From assembly GCA_040755995.1 (NCBI GenBank), contig JBFMAF010000024.1, positions 96,001-160,000 of the forward strand: a DNA stretch of 64,000 nt, in the 5' to 3' direction. This DNA is from Acidobacteriota bacterium. Its GTDB lineage: Bacteria > Acidobacteriota > CAIWXX01. The position numbers and the translations under genes were made by a program. Position 1 is the stretch's first letter; every line of letters starts with the position of its first letter. A model generated the notes under the pieces. It was not told the DNA's origin. It saw only the letters and a list, made by a program, of their open reading frames with translations, and ran no database searches. This document shows positions 28,931-38,751 of the stretch, in pieces.

Positions 28931-29326
28931 CTACCGCGACTGCTGTTTCTTCTCGAGCTCCTCCAGCAGCCGCCTGCGCTCCGCGATGATCTTGTCGTAG
29001 ATGACCTGCTGTTCCGGGGTCAGTGTCTTCCGGATTCGGACATAAGCCCGGTCGAAAATCGCCCTGAGCTGTGGGAGCAGCTCGCGACGGATGCCGAAGA
29101 GCTCCTCCCGCGTCTCGATCACCGCCTGGTAGATCTCGTGCCGCTGCGCCTCATTCAGGTCGAGCTGCCGATCGAGCTGATACACGATCATTTCCGCCAC
29201 GACGTCGCGCGCATGGAGAATACGGCTCTCCACGCGCAGTGAGTAGATGTGCAGAGCCGCGGCACCGCAGATCATCCCGGCGAGGAATACCGCCAGCACC
29301 GCGAGGCGGGCGCGCCACCTGCTCAT
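28931..29326 (-). CDS. Periplasmic Spy/CpxP-like (LTxxQ) helical protein
   Basis: N-terminal TM, LDLNEAQ and LTPEQ motifs; third gene of the ECF module. Confidence 0.7.
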   Translation of the reverse strand: MSRWRARLAVLAVFLAGMICGAAALHIYSLRVESRILHARDVVAEMIVYQLDRQLDLNEAQRHEIYQAVIETREELFGIRRELLPQLRAIFDRAYVRIRKTLTPEQQVIYDKIIAERRRLLEELEKKQQSR

Positions 29327-29718
29327 GGTACCTCCTTCCACCCCTCCGTGCCGGCCCCGCTCCCCAACAGAGTCGCCGCCATCAGTGCGTCGCCGGCACC
29401 GCTCTCCGATTGCGTCAGCCGCGCAATCATCTCTTCGCGAGCCTCTTCCACGCGGTGCGACTCGTAGCCCATCCATCCCGTGACAATCGCCACGACGATC
29501 GCGAAGGCGGGGAGCATCTGCCACGCGGCCGCTCCAACGGAAGTGGGCGCGGGTGACGGCCGGGATGCCGCAATTCTGGCCCTCACACGAGCCAGGAAGA
29601 ACGGGGACGGAACCGGCGGCTCACCATGCCAGGCTGCTGCCTGCAACAGCCGCCGTACCAGCTCTTCCTCGTCGCCACCCTGACGCTTGTCTCGCACGCC
29701 AAACCATCTCCATGGCAT
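29323..29718 (-). CDS. Putative membrane anti-sigma factor
   Basis: SPFFLARVRARI motif plus one TM helix, directly downstream of the ECF sigma gene. Confidence 0.65.
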   Translation of the reverse strand: MPWRWFGVRDKRQGGDEEELVRRLLQAAAWHGEPPVPSPFFLARVRARIAASRPSPAPTSVGAAAWQMLPAFAIVVAIVTGWMGYESHRVEEAREEMIARLTQSESGAGDALMAATLLGSGAGTEGWKEVP

Positions 29719-29721
29719 CGC

Positions 29722-30444
29722 TCATGCCTCCGTTCCTGCGCGCTTCGGGCGAGTGAGAAGCTCGCGAAGCTTCGCGCGCGCGCGAAATGCGCGGATCTTC
29801 ACGTTTGCCTTCGACCACCCGGTGAGCTTCGAAACCTCCTCGACCGAGAGATCCTCCAGCACCATCAGCGTCAGCACCAGCCGCTCGGTTGCGCCGAGCC
29901 GGGCGAGCATCTGCTCGGCGCACATCCTCCCTTCCTCCCGTCCCCAGAACTCCGCCTCGGGAGAGCCGTCCGGGGCAGGAAGTCGGTCGTAGAAATCCAC
30001 AGGATTCTCGACCACCTGCGACAGACTCATCTCCTCGTGCCTCCGCTGCCGCAGCTGGTCGTAGCAGGTGTTCACCGTCACGCGTGCCATCCAATGCTCC
30101 AACGGCTGCTCCGCCCTGTACGTCCGCATCCCGATGAAGGCCTTCACGAAAACCTCCTGGCAGACTTCCTCCACGAGCTCGGGCCGCCTGAAGAAGCGCC
30201 CGGAGATCCTGGCTACCTGGCGGTGATGAAGGCCGACCAGCTCTTCAAAAGCTGCCTCATCACCCTCCACCACACGCTCGGCCAGACGTCGATCACGCTC
30301 CAGACCATCGGCGTCTCGCTTTGTCTCGACCAAGCATGCTCCGGCGCCCGCGCCCATCGTGGGGAACCACATGGCCCTGGGCCGCCGGGAGGTCACTATA
30401 TCAGAGACTCCGAGTGTGGCACAGCCAGCGGCACAATCGCTCAT
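29722..30444 (-). CDS. ECF sigma factor (sigma-70 group 4)
   Basis: GDEAAFEELV, QEVFVKA, WMARVTVNTCYD, NVKIRAFRAR; start could be further downstream. Confidence 0.93.
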   Translation of the reverse strand: MSDCAAGCATLGVSDIVTSRRPRAMWFPTMGAGAGACLVETKRDADGLERDRRLAERVVEGDEAAFEELVGLHHRQVARISGRFFRRPELVEEVCQEVFVKAFIGMRTYRAEQPLEHWMARVTVNTCYDQLRQRRHEEMSLSQVVENPVDFYDRLPAPDGSPEAEFWGREEGRMCAEQMLARLGATERLVLTLMVLEDLSVEEVSKLTGWSKANVKIRAFRARAKLRELLTRPKRAGTEA

Positions 30445-30451
30445 GAAACAG

Positions 30452-30479
30452 TAGACGGGGCGGCCACGCCCGCGGTTAC
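30452..30479 (-). promoter_or_regulatory. Putative ECF-type autoregulated promoter
   Basis: Minus strand GTAAC-N17-CGTCTA, 7 nt before the ATG at 30444. Confidence 0.5.
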
Positions 30480-30655
30480 GCCTCGATGAATAGCCGAGGA
30501 CCCGGGGTGGTCGAATCCGGACTGAGTGCCTCGCCTGGATGTCTCTGTCTCGGCCTGGTCACTGCATCTTTGAAACATGACCGGAGACTACGGCGTAAGC
30601 TATACTAGGTGCGACGGTCGATCGGACGGGAGGGACAGGGCCCAGTGCTGGAGCG

Positions 30656-32875
30656 TTGATGGGGGTCATTGCGGGTCTCGTGACGCGGTGGCGAAGGGGG
30701 AAACGACGCCTGCTCGCCGCAGCCGTCTTCCTGCTGTTCCTCTACCTCGTTGCGGGGTGGACGCCGTTATACGGTGACCACCTGGTTGGAAACCTGCTCT
30801 CGACGATCACGTTCCTCATGGTCTTCGGAGTCGGCGCCTACTACACGTTCGTCGTTCTCCGCTGGTTGAAGAACAAGCTCCTCTGGCGCGTCCGCCGTCG
30901 ACTGATCATCACCTACCTGTTCGTCGGGCTGACACCCATCGTGCTGCTCGCCGCGCTGGGGATGCTCTCCGCCTTCGGCGGATCGTGCGAGGCGATGTCG
31001 CGGATCGTCGCCGTGCAGCTCGATGCGATGGAGCAGCTGGCGCTGGCGAGTTTGCGGCAGATTGCCGACGATTACGCGCGCCAATCGACGCCGCGGGACG
31101 CGCAACGGCTCGAAAAGTGGCTCGAGGAGCGTGCCCATGTGCTCCGGACGACCTTGCCCGGCGCCCGCCTCTGCGCCTGGCACGGGGCTGGAGGGACGGG
31201 CCTCTCGTCGCTGGGCCACCAGTCGGCACCGTCCGCCATCTGCGCTCCGCCGGCGCCGGCCGGCCAGGCACCTGCCGCCGGGATACCGATCGGGGACCCG
31301 CTGCCGGCCTGGCTGGTGGGGAAGGAGGCGTGGAGCGGCTTCGCACACACTTCAGGATTGAAAGCGACGCGGGGGTCGGCCGGGCGCCACTCGATACGCG
31401 CCCTCGTCAGGAGGGGATTCGACGACGGATCCATAGTGTTCCTGATGGATCTTCCTGTGGACTCCCTCTTGGTCGCCCGGGTCAGAGAGCAGACGGGCAT
31501 CGACATTGACGCACGGATTCCCTGGGAGAGCCAGGTGACCGGCGAGGGCAACATCACGATCAGGACCGGGCCGGAGCAGGCAGAGGACCGTGCTGGTCAG
31601 CCTCCGAACGCGCTCCGCTCGGGACAGCAAGGGGCCGAGTCCTGGGGCGTGCGGTACCCATTGATCCTCAACGAGACCGACTGGCCGACCGGCGCTACAT
31701 CGCCGGGCACCTTGCTGGTCATGCGCTGGTCATGGGGCGAGGCACGGCGGCAGCTGCTGGGCACTAGCATTCTGGGCAGCACCTGGCAGCAGGGACTGAT
31801 CGCTGTTGGTATTGCATTCATGGTGTTTGAGCTGCTGGCGCTGCTGGCGGCGATCTGGATGACGCGCGCTGTGACTGGGACGGTCCACGAGCTTCACCTG
31901 GGGACGGAGTACGTGAAACGGGGTGACTTCGGGCACCGCGTGCGCGTGCATTCACACGATCAACTCGGCGAGTTGGTTGGAGCCTTTAACGAGATGTCGG
32001 GGCACATCGAGAATCTGCTCGAGGAGCGGGTGGAGCGGGAGAGGCTGGAGCGCGAGGTCGAGATCGCGGCGGACGTGCAGGCGCAGCTTTTTCCACGCGA
32101 CGTGCCGCACATGAAGACCGTCGAGATCGCGGCTGAGTGCCGGGCTGCCAGGGGCGTTGCCGGCGACTACTACGACTACGTCCAGGTCGCACGGAACGTC
32201 GTTTTGTTTGCGCTGGGCGACGTGTCGGGCAAGGGCCTGTCGGCAAGTCTGGTTATGTCTAATCTTCAGGCTTCGTTTCGCGCGCAAACGACGATTATGG
32301 CCGAGAAGGCCGTCGGCGCCAGGACGGCCGCCGCCGGGGGAGTCCATCCGGGATTCTCATTGGCGGAGATCCCCTTGGATGTGTCGGCGGAGGGCACTGT
32401 GGCCCGGACGGTCTCCAGCATCAACAGGCAGCTGTGCCGGAGCATCGAATCGGGCCGGTACGCCACCCTATTCCTTGGGCTCTACGACGACGACACGGGC
32501 GTGCTCAGGTACACAAACGCAGGTCACAATCCCGCGCTGCTGATCCGGAGCGACGGGAGTTCAGAGCGATTGGCCACGGGCGGGATGATGGTCGGCGCCT
32601 TCGACTCGCTGAGCTATGAGGAATCGTCTGTGGTGCTGACCACCGGGGCGACTCTAGTGGTGTTCTCTGACGGGTTGAGCGAGGCACGGGATGCGATGGG
32701 GGAGGAGTACGGCGAAGACCGCCTGGTGGCCTTCTCGGTGGCCCACCGCGAATCTGACGCCGACCGATTGCGCACGGCGATCTTCGACGAGATCGATCGG
32801 TGGTCCGGTGAGCGTGAGCGAGAAGACGATCAGACCCTGGTCATTCTCAAGGCTACGCTCAGCCCCACCGCGTAG
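30656..32875 (+). CDS. Membrane HAMP + PP2C/SpoIIE phosphatase
   Basis: TM helices, HAMP (DQLGELVGAFNEM), AGDYYD, GDVSGKG, NAGH, FSDG, DDQT. Confidence 0.92.
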   Translation: MMGVIAGLVTRWRRGKRRLLAAAVFLLFLYLVAGWTPLYGDHLVGNLLSTITFLMVFGVGAYYTFVVLRWLKNKLLWRVRRRLIITYLFVGLTPIVLLAALGMLSAFGGSCEAMSRIVAVQLDAMEQLALASLRQIADDYARQSTPRDAQRLEKWLEERAHVLRTTLPGARLCAWHGAGGTGLSSLGHQSAPSAICAPPAPAGQAPAAGIPIGDPLPAWLVGKEAWSGFAHTSGLKATRGSAGRHSIRALVRRGFDDGSIVFLMDLPVDSLLVARVREQTGIDIDARIPWESQVTGEGNITIRTGPEQAEDRAGQPPNALRSGQQGAESWGVRYPLILNETDWPTGATSPGTLLVMRWSWGEARRQLLGTSILGSTWQQGLIAVGIAFMVFELLALLAAIWMTRAVTGTVHELHLGTEYVKRGDFGHRVRVHSHDQLGELVGAFNEMSGHIENLLEERVERERLEREVEIAADVQAQLFPRDVPHMKTVEIAAECRAARGVAGDYYDYVQVARNVVLFALGDVSGKGLSASLVMSNLQASFRAQTTIMAEKAVGARTAAAGGVHPGFSLAEIPLDVSAEGTVARTVSSINRQLCRSIESGRYATLFLGLYDDDTGVLRYTNAGHNPALLIRSDGSSERLATGGMMVGAFDSLSYEESSVVLTTGATLVVFSDGLSEARDAMGEEYGEDRLVAFSVAHRESDADRLRTAIFDEIDRWSGEREREDDQTLVILKATLSPTA

Positions 32876-32977
32876 AGAGTGGAGAGTGGTAGGGGCGGGC
32901 TGCTTCGGAACTTGACTCGACGGCAGTAACTTTTTCGCCGCGATCCGTTCTTAGAGGGCGACACAAGTCGCGCTGTA

Positions 32978-32994
32978 TAGCGAGGCACGGCCTC
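32978..32994. repeat. Inverted copy of GAGGCCGCGCCTCGCTA motif
   Basis: TAGCGAGGCACGGCCTC; reverse complement matches consensus 16/17. Confidence 0.65.
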
Positions 32995-33081
32995 TGGCAG
33001 GCGCGGTCCTTGGACTTACCGCCTGGACCGGGCTTTCATTTCTCGCGATACTGCGGTACCTTTAGTCAGGCCCAGGGTGAA

Positions 33082-36039
33082 ATGAACCAACGAGTTCGTC
33101 GCGTCTTGCTGCTCTCAAGCCTGAATCTCGTCCTCATGGCGACGGCCGTCGCGGCCCTCGACGCCGGGCGCGCCATGACGCAATACGTCATCGACCTCTG
33201 GCAGGAAGAAAACGGGCTGCCGCAGAATTCGATTCAAGCCATCGTTCAGACGAAAGACGGGTACGTATGGTTGGGCACGCAGGAGGGGCTCGTGCGATTC
33301 GATGGCGTGCGCTTCGTCGTGTTCGACCGGAGCAATACGCCGGAACTGAAAAGCAACGACGTCCGGACCATGTTCGAGGCCTCTAACGGCAGCCTGTGGA
33401 TCGGCACGATGAACGGCCTTGCCCGATTCCAGGGGGGCATGATGCGTGCGATCGAAGGAGTCACCCACGTGTCCAGCGAAACCATCTACTCGATCATGGA
33501 GGACAGCCGGGGCGTGCTGTGGGTCGGCACGGAGGAAGCTCTCACTCGGCTCGAAGGGGGCCGCTGGACCTCGTTCACGACTGCCAACGGTCTCCTCGGC
33601 CAACCCGTTCAGGCTCTTTGCGAAGACAAGGAGGGCCACCTTTGGATTGGCACCCTGAGGGGCTTGAGCTGCATGAAGGATGGCAGGTTCGTTGCGTATT
33701 CGGCTGACGATGGTCTGGTGGGCGAGAGCATGCGCACGATCAAGATCGATACGACCGGGCGGGTGTGGGTGGGGACGGAACTGGGTTTGAACGTCTACAC
33801 GGCGGGCAGCTTCGAGCTCATCGAGAGTCGGGGAGGGCCGTCGACGGCCGACGTCTGGGAGATGTGCTTCGATCGGGAAGGCACGCTCTGGGTCGCCACA
33901 TACGGCCACGGGTTGGTGCGGATTCGCGAAGGCAACTTCAGCGTCCTGACGCGGGCTGACGGCCTGGCCAACGATCTCCTCATGTCCGTCTGCGAGGATC
34001 GGGAAGGAAGCCTGTGGATCGGCACAGACGGCAGCGGTTTGAACAGGTTGAAGGATGGCAGGTTCGCTACTCTGACCACCAGGGAAGGACTCGCCTACGA
34101 CCTCGTTTCGGTGGTTCTGGAGGACACAACCGGCAATGTGTGGATCGGGACAGATGGCGGCGGCCTCGACCGTTGGAAAGAGGGCGTGGTAAGGAACTTC
34201 TCCAAGCGCGACGGTCTGCCGGACGACCTGATCAGCGCCCTCTACCAGGATCGTCAGGGCGACCTCTGGATCGGCACGAACGGGAGCGGTCTGTGCAGGA
34301 AGCGGGGCGATCGTCTCACCGTCTATACGAAGAAAGACGGACTCGACGGAAGCAGCATCTTCTCCCTGTGCGAGGATACGGAAGGCACCCTCTGGATCGG
34401 CACCACGCGAGGACTGAACTCCATGATAGACGGCCGGATCAGCGCGGTGAAGGTCACGGCCCAGAGCGATGCTATCCGCACGTTGCTGGTCGATCACACA
34501 GGTGCGATCTGGATCGGCACCGACATCTCCGGTCTGATCCGCTATTACCACGGAGCGCTCACGACCTACACCACGCAGCAAGGTCTATCCAGCAATTCCA
34601 TAATGACCACATACGAGGACACCGATGGGACTCTGTGGGTGGGCACCTATGGCGGCGGTCTGATGCGCTTGAATGGAGGCCAGATCACGCCGATTACATC
34701 ACGCGATGGGCTCTTCGACGACGTCGTGCTCCAGATCCTCGAGGATGCCAAGGGATTTCTGTGGATGAGCAGCAACAAGGGGATCTTCGTCGTACCCAAG
34801 CGACAACTCAACGATTTCGCCGCGCGGCGCGCCGTGCGGGTTTCATGCGTGTCGTACGGCCGGAGCGATGGGATGAAGAGCAGAGAGTGCAACGGTGGAG
34901 CGCAGCCGGCGGGGTGCAAGACGAAAGATGGACGACTGTGGTTCCCGACCGTCAAGGGTATCGTCATCGTCGATCCGCAGGAATTGCGGCACAACGGACT
35001 TCCTCCGCCCGTCTACATCGAGTCCGCCCTGATCGACGGCCAGTCGTACGAACCGCGCACGGCCGTGGACCTTCCTCCCGGACGGGAGAGATTCGATTTC
35101 CAGTACACGGCGCTGAGCTTCCTGCAGCCAGAGAGGGTCAGATTCAGGTACCGGCTGGTGGGATTCGACAGGGACTGGGTCGAAGCCCAAGCTCGCCGGC
35201 AGGCCTACTACACCAACATCCCGCCGGGCAAGTACGTCTTCCGGGTCGTCGCCTGCAACAACGATGGTGTATGGAACGAGGAGGGCGCTCGCTTCGAGTT
35301 CTACCTGGCCCCGCGCTTCTACCGCACGCATTGGTTCTACGCCCTGGCCGTCTTGTCCGTGGCACTGGTGACAACCGGCGCCTACCGGCTGCGAATGAGC
35401 CGAATGGAGGCGAGACAGTCTGAACTGGAGCGCCAGGTGGAACAGCGAACCGCAGAGCTGATGAAGGCGAATCAGATGCTCGAAGAGAGATCGATCCAGC
35501 TGGAACAGGCCAACGCGACTTTGCAACGGTTGTCGTATCGCGATCCCCTCACCGGCATCGCCAACCGGCGCCACTTCGACGAGGTGCTCCAGGTGGAGTG
35601 GAATCGAGCCCACCGCGGCAAGACCCCGATCTCGATCCTGATGGTCGACGTGGACTTCTTCAAGGCCTACAACGACGCCGAGGGCCATCAGCGCGGCGAC
35701 CACTGCCTGCAAGAGGTGGCCCGCCTGCTGAGCGGCGGTGTGCGGCGCGCCGGCGACCTGGTGGCGCGGTACGGAGGCGAGGAGTTCGTCGTGATACTGC
35801 CCGGGACAAACGAGAAACGCGCCACCCTCCTCGCCGACATGCTCCGCAAGGCCATCGAAAAGGACGCGATCCCGCACCCGACCTCCTCCATCAGCCCCTG
35901 GGTCACTATCAGCATCGGGGTCGCCAGCGTCATCCCGGTCAACCAATACTCGCCCGCCGACCTGGTCGGCGCCGCCGATCAGGCTCTCTACCGCGCCAAG
36001 CACGACGGCAGGAACTGCGTGGCTTCCACTGCGCTGTAG
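33082..36039 (+). CDS. Diguanylate cyclase with Reg_prop beta-propeller and Y_Y_Y sensor domains
   Basis: Signal peptide, many LWIGT repeats, YTNIPPGKY, TM, DxLT, RxxD I-site (RAGD), GGEEF. Confidence 0.93.
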   Translation: MNQRVRRVLLLSSLNLVLMATAVAALDAGRAMTQYVIDLWQEENGLPQNSIQAIVQTKDGYVWLGTQEGLVRFDGVRFVVFDRSNTPELKSNDVRTMFEASNGSLWIGTMNGLARFQGGMMRAIEGVTHVSSETIYSIMEDSRGVLWVGTEEALTRLEGGRWTSFTTANGLLGQPVQALCEDKEGHLWIGTLRGLSCMKDGRFVAYSADDGLVGESMRTIKIDTTGRVWVGTELGLNVYTAGSFELIESRGGPSTADVWEMCFDREGTLWVATYGHGLVRIREGNFSVLTRADGLANDLLMSVCEDREGSLWIGTDGSGLNRLKDGRFATLTTREGLAYDLVSVVLEDTTGNVWIGTDGGGLDRWKEGVVRNFSKRDGLPDDLISALYQDRQGDLWIGTNGSGLCRKRGDRLTVYTKKDGLDGSSIFSLCEDTEGTLWIGTTRGLNSMIDGRISAVKVTAQSDAIRTLLVDHTGAIWIGTDISGLIRYYHGALTTYTTQQGLSSNSIMTTYEDTDGTLWVGTYGGGLMRLNGGQITPITSRDGLFDDVVLQILEDAKGFLWMSSNKGIFVVPKRQLNDFAARRAVRVSCVSYGRSDGMKSRECNGGAQPAGCKTKDGRLWFPTVKGIVIVDPQELRHNGLPPPVYIESALIDGQSYEPRTAVDLPPGRERFDFQYTALSFLQPERVRFRYRLVGFDRDWVEAQARRQAYYTNIPPGKYVFRVVACNNDGVWNEEGARFEFYLAPRFYRTHWFYALAVLSVALVTTGAYRLRMSRMEARQSELERQVEQRTAELMKANQMLEERSIQLEQANATLQRLSYRDPLTGIANRRHFDEVLQVEWNRAHRGKTPISILMVDVDFFKAYNDAEGHQRGDHCLQEVARLLSGGVRRAGDLVARYGGEEFVVILPGTNEKRATLLADMLRKAIEKDAIPHPTSSISPWVTISIGVASVIPVNQYSPADLVGAADQALYRAKHDGRNCVASTAL

Positions 36040-36110
36040 CCACAGTCAGCGCCGCGCCGGCTTCCAGCATGGCCTCTGCGGCCCGGTCAGGCGTCGTCGC
36101 GCTCAGTCAC

Positions 36111-36311
36111 TCACGCAGCGTGCTTCCGAGCAGCGGCCCGCATGCTCTGGATTCGCTGCATGGCCTCATCGTCAAAGAAACGCGACCCACACGCGCGGCA
36201 CCTGAAGTGGCGCAGCCGCCTGACGCACAGGCCGTCCTGCAATCGACAATCCTCGATCGTATCGACCAACAAGCCGGCGCCGCACTCGGGGCACGGTAGC
36301 GCCTCAGACAT
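36111..36311 (-). CDS. YgiT/MqsA-type zinc-finger protein (no HTH)
   Basis: CPECG...CRACGSRFFD; start overlaps the end of the upstream gene. Confidence 0.75.
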   Translation of the reverse strand: MSEALPCPECGAGLLVDTIEDCRLQDGLCVRRLRHFRCRACGSRFFDDEAMQRIQSMRAAARKHAA

Positions 36312-36615
36312 CCGTGCTCTTCTTCGATGAGACGAGGACATAGAAGACATCAATCCCTTCCTTCGCCAGGATCTCACCCTTCGTATATACAGCGAGACCG
36401 TCGAATGTCAAGCCCTTGATCACGTACAGCTTCTCGGCCATCCCGCTGCGGGGATTGCGTGATCGAAGAGTCTTGAAGATCGCCGGTGCGTTCAGAATCG
36501 ACTCGTATACCAACTCCGGGGTGAGTGCGTCCGCAGCCATCTCAATTTCCGCCTTCTCCGTGAACAGTACTCTTCGCGCAATCACCAGCCTCTTGATCCG
36601 TACCAGAAGGTCCAT
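36304..36615 (-). CDS. Small protein, DUF4258/MqsR-like putative toxin
   Basis: FTEKAEIEM...KLYVIKG pattern, GAGG RBS, coupled to the zinc-finger gene. Confidence 0.6.
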   Translation of the reverse strand: MDLLVRIKRLVIARRVLFTEKAEIEMAADALTPELVYESILNAPAIFKTLRSRNPRSGMAEKLYVIKGLTFDGLAVYTKGEILAKEGIDVFYVLVSSKKSTDV

Positions 36616-36632
36616 CGGTGATCCTCATCTCT

Positions 36633-36661
36633 ATGCTACGACAACGCCGAACGCGGTTCAA
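36633..36661 (-). promoter_or_regulatory. Putative sigma70 promoter of the toxin/zinc-finger pair
   Basis: Minus strand TTGAAC, 17 bp, TAGCAT. Confidence 0.55.
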
Positions 36662-36774
36662 ATGCCTGATCCGCGGGCAACCCCCGGTAGACGGAGGGAC
36701 CGGTTCGGCGGCGGGGCGCATTGTGTCGAGCGATACGATTCCCGCGGCGACGGAATGGTCTATAATTGGGCTCT

Positions 36775-38736
36775 ATGAGTAGCTGGATGATGCCTCGCCG
36801 GCTGATGACGATCCTGCTGGTGGTCCTCGCTGTCCTCGGTGCATGCGCGCTCGCCGTGGTGACGCGATTGCTGCCCACAGGCGAGAGGGTCAACGGGCTC
36901 TGGCTGGTGGTTGCCGCTGGATGCCTGTTCGTCGTCGCGTACCGCACGTACGGCGCGTTCATGGCCGCGAAAGTCCTGGCGCTGGATGACCGCCGGATTA
37001 CACCGGCTCGACGAGTGGCCGACGGACGCGACTACCACGCGACGAACAAGTGGGTGCTCTTCGGCCACCATTTCGCGGCGATCGCGGGCGCGGGTCCCCT
37101 GATCGGGCCCGTACTGGCAGCTCAGTTCGGTTATCTGCCCGGTTTTCTTTGGATACTCATCGGCGCGGTCTTCGCCGGCGCCGTGCACGACTTCGTCGTG
37201 CTCGTGGCCAGCGTGCGGCGGAACGGTTGCTCGCTGGCGGAAATCGCACGCACAGAGGTCGGGCCCGTCTCGGGCTTCGCAGGCTCCATCGCCGTCATCT
37301 TCATCATCATCGTTACCCTGGCCGGCCTCGGACTGGCGGTCGTGAACGCTCTGGCCGAGTCGGCATGGGGGACGTTCATCATCGGGATGAGCATCCCGAT
37401 CGCCTTGTTGATGGGGCAGTATCTATGCAGGATCCGGCTGGGGAAAGTCGGCGAAACGACCGTACTGGGCGTCGCACTGCTCCTGGCGGCCGTCTTCTTC
37501 GGGCATTACGTCCCCGGATCGTGGGCGGAGCCCTTCTTCCATCTGTCCCGCAACGGCGTCAACATCGCGATGGTGATCTACGGATTCGGGGCCAGCGTGT
37601 TGCCCGTCTGGATGCTGCTCTGTCCGCGCGACTACCTCTCCACGTACATGAAGGTCGGGACGGTCGTGTTTCTGGCCATCGGCACCATCCTGCTCGCGCC
37701 TCAAATCCGCATGCCGGCGGTGACGGTGTTCGCAGATGGCGACGGGCCGGTCCTCCCGGGGAGTATCTTTCCGTTCATGTTCATCACGATTGCCTGCGGC
37801 GCCATCTCGGGCTTCCACTCGCTCATCTCGAGCGGCACGACGCCCAAGATGGTCTCGAACGAGAGCGAGACCCACGCCATCGGATTCGGAGCGATGCTTC
37901 TGGAGGGGTTCGTGGCGGTGATGGCTCTTGTCGCCGCGAGCATTCTGATACCGGGCGACTACTTCGCCATCAACTCCGACCTTCCTTTCGACAGGCTCGC
38001 TGCATTGGGCTTCCCAGTGAGCCGCGTCGACGAGCTCTCGCGCCTGGTGGGCACCAACGTCGCGCACCGCCCGGGGGGCGCGGTCTCGCTCGCCGTCGGC
38101 ATGGCAAGCATCTTCTCGTCGCTGCCGGGGATGCGTGGGCTCATGGCCTACTGGTACAACTTCGCGCTGATGTTCGAAGCGCTGTTCATCTTGACCACCG
38201 TCGATACCGGAACACGGGTCGCGCGTTTCCTTCTGCAGGAGCTCGGCGGCAGTGTCTACAAGCCGCTGAAGCGGCACGCCTGGATGCCGGGCACTCTCTT
38301 GACGAGCGGAATCGTCGTCGCCGCGTGGGGATACCTCATCCACTCGGGCAGCATCAAGACCATATGGCCCATGTTCGGGATCGCGAACCAGCTTCTCGCG
38401 ACTCTCGGCCTCTCGGTCGGCACTACGGTCCTCATCAAGATGGGCAAGCCCCGGTACGCGGTCACCACCTTCGTCCCGATGCTCTTCATGGTGGCGACCA
38501 CCTTCACCGCAGCCATCCAGCTCATCGAGCGTTTCCTCCGATATGCCGCCGACCCGGCCAAGGCGGCCATGTCGTTCACACACAGACTCGACGCCATGCT
38601 CGTCGCCGGAATGCTCCTTCTTGCCGTCACCATCCTCCTGGACTCATTCTACAAGTGGTACGGGTTCCTCACCGGACGCCGGCGTATAGTCCTGAGGGAG
38701 TACACGCCGGGAGCAGCGGCGGTCAGAGAAGAGTAG
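36775..38736 (+). CDS. cstA: Carbon starvation protein A (peptide/pyruvate transporter family)
   Basis: GHHFAAIAGAGP, PRDYLS, IACGAISGFH, IWPMFGIANQLL; start within 36775-36791. Confidence 0.95.
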   Translation: MSSWMMPRRLMTILLVVLAVLGACALAVVTRLLPTGERVNGLWLVVAAGCLFVVAYRTYGAFMAAKVLALDDRRITPARRVADGRDYHATNKWVLFGHHFAAIAGAGPLIGPVLAAQFGYLPGFLWILIGAVFAGAVHDFVVLVASVRRNGCSLAEIARTEVGPVSGFAGSIAVIFIIIVTLAGLGLAVVNALAESAWGTFIIGMSIPIALLMGQYLCRIRLGKVGETTVLGVALLLAAVFFGHYVPGSWAEPFFHLSRNGVNIAMVIYGFGASVLPVWMLLCPRDYLSTYMKVGTVVFLAIGTILLAPQIRMPAVTVFADGDGPVLPGSIFPFMFITIACGAISGFHSLISSGTTPKMVSNESETHAIGFGAMLLEGFVAVMALVAASILIPGDYFAINSDLPFDRLAALGFPVSRVDELSRLVGTNVAHRPGGAVSLAVGMASIFSSLPGMRGLMAYWYNFALMFEALFILTTVDTGTRVARFLLQELGGSVYKPLKRHAWMPGTLLTSGIVVAAWGYLIHSGSIKTIWPMFGIANQLLATLGLSVGTTVLIKMGKPRYAVTTFVPMLFMVATTFTAAIQLIERFLRYAADPAKAAMSFTHRLDAMLVAGMLLLAVTILLDSFYKWYGFLTGRRRIVLREYTPGAAAVREE

Positions 38737-38751
38737 AGAGTGGAGTCCAGG

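Noticed and set aside
36616..36670. Possible integron attC end (GTTCGGC) beside the toxin-like pair
   Set aside because: No matching RYYYAAC box or attC spacing; better explained as a promoter spacer
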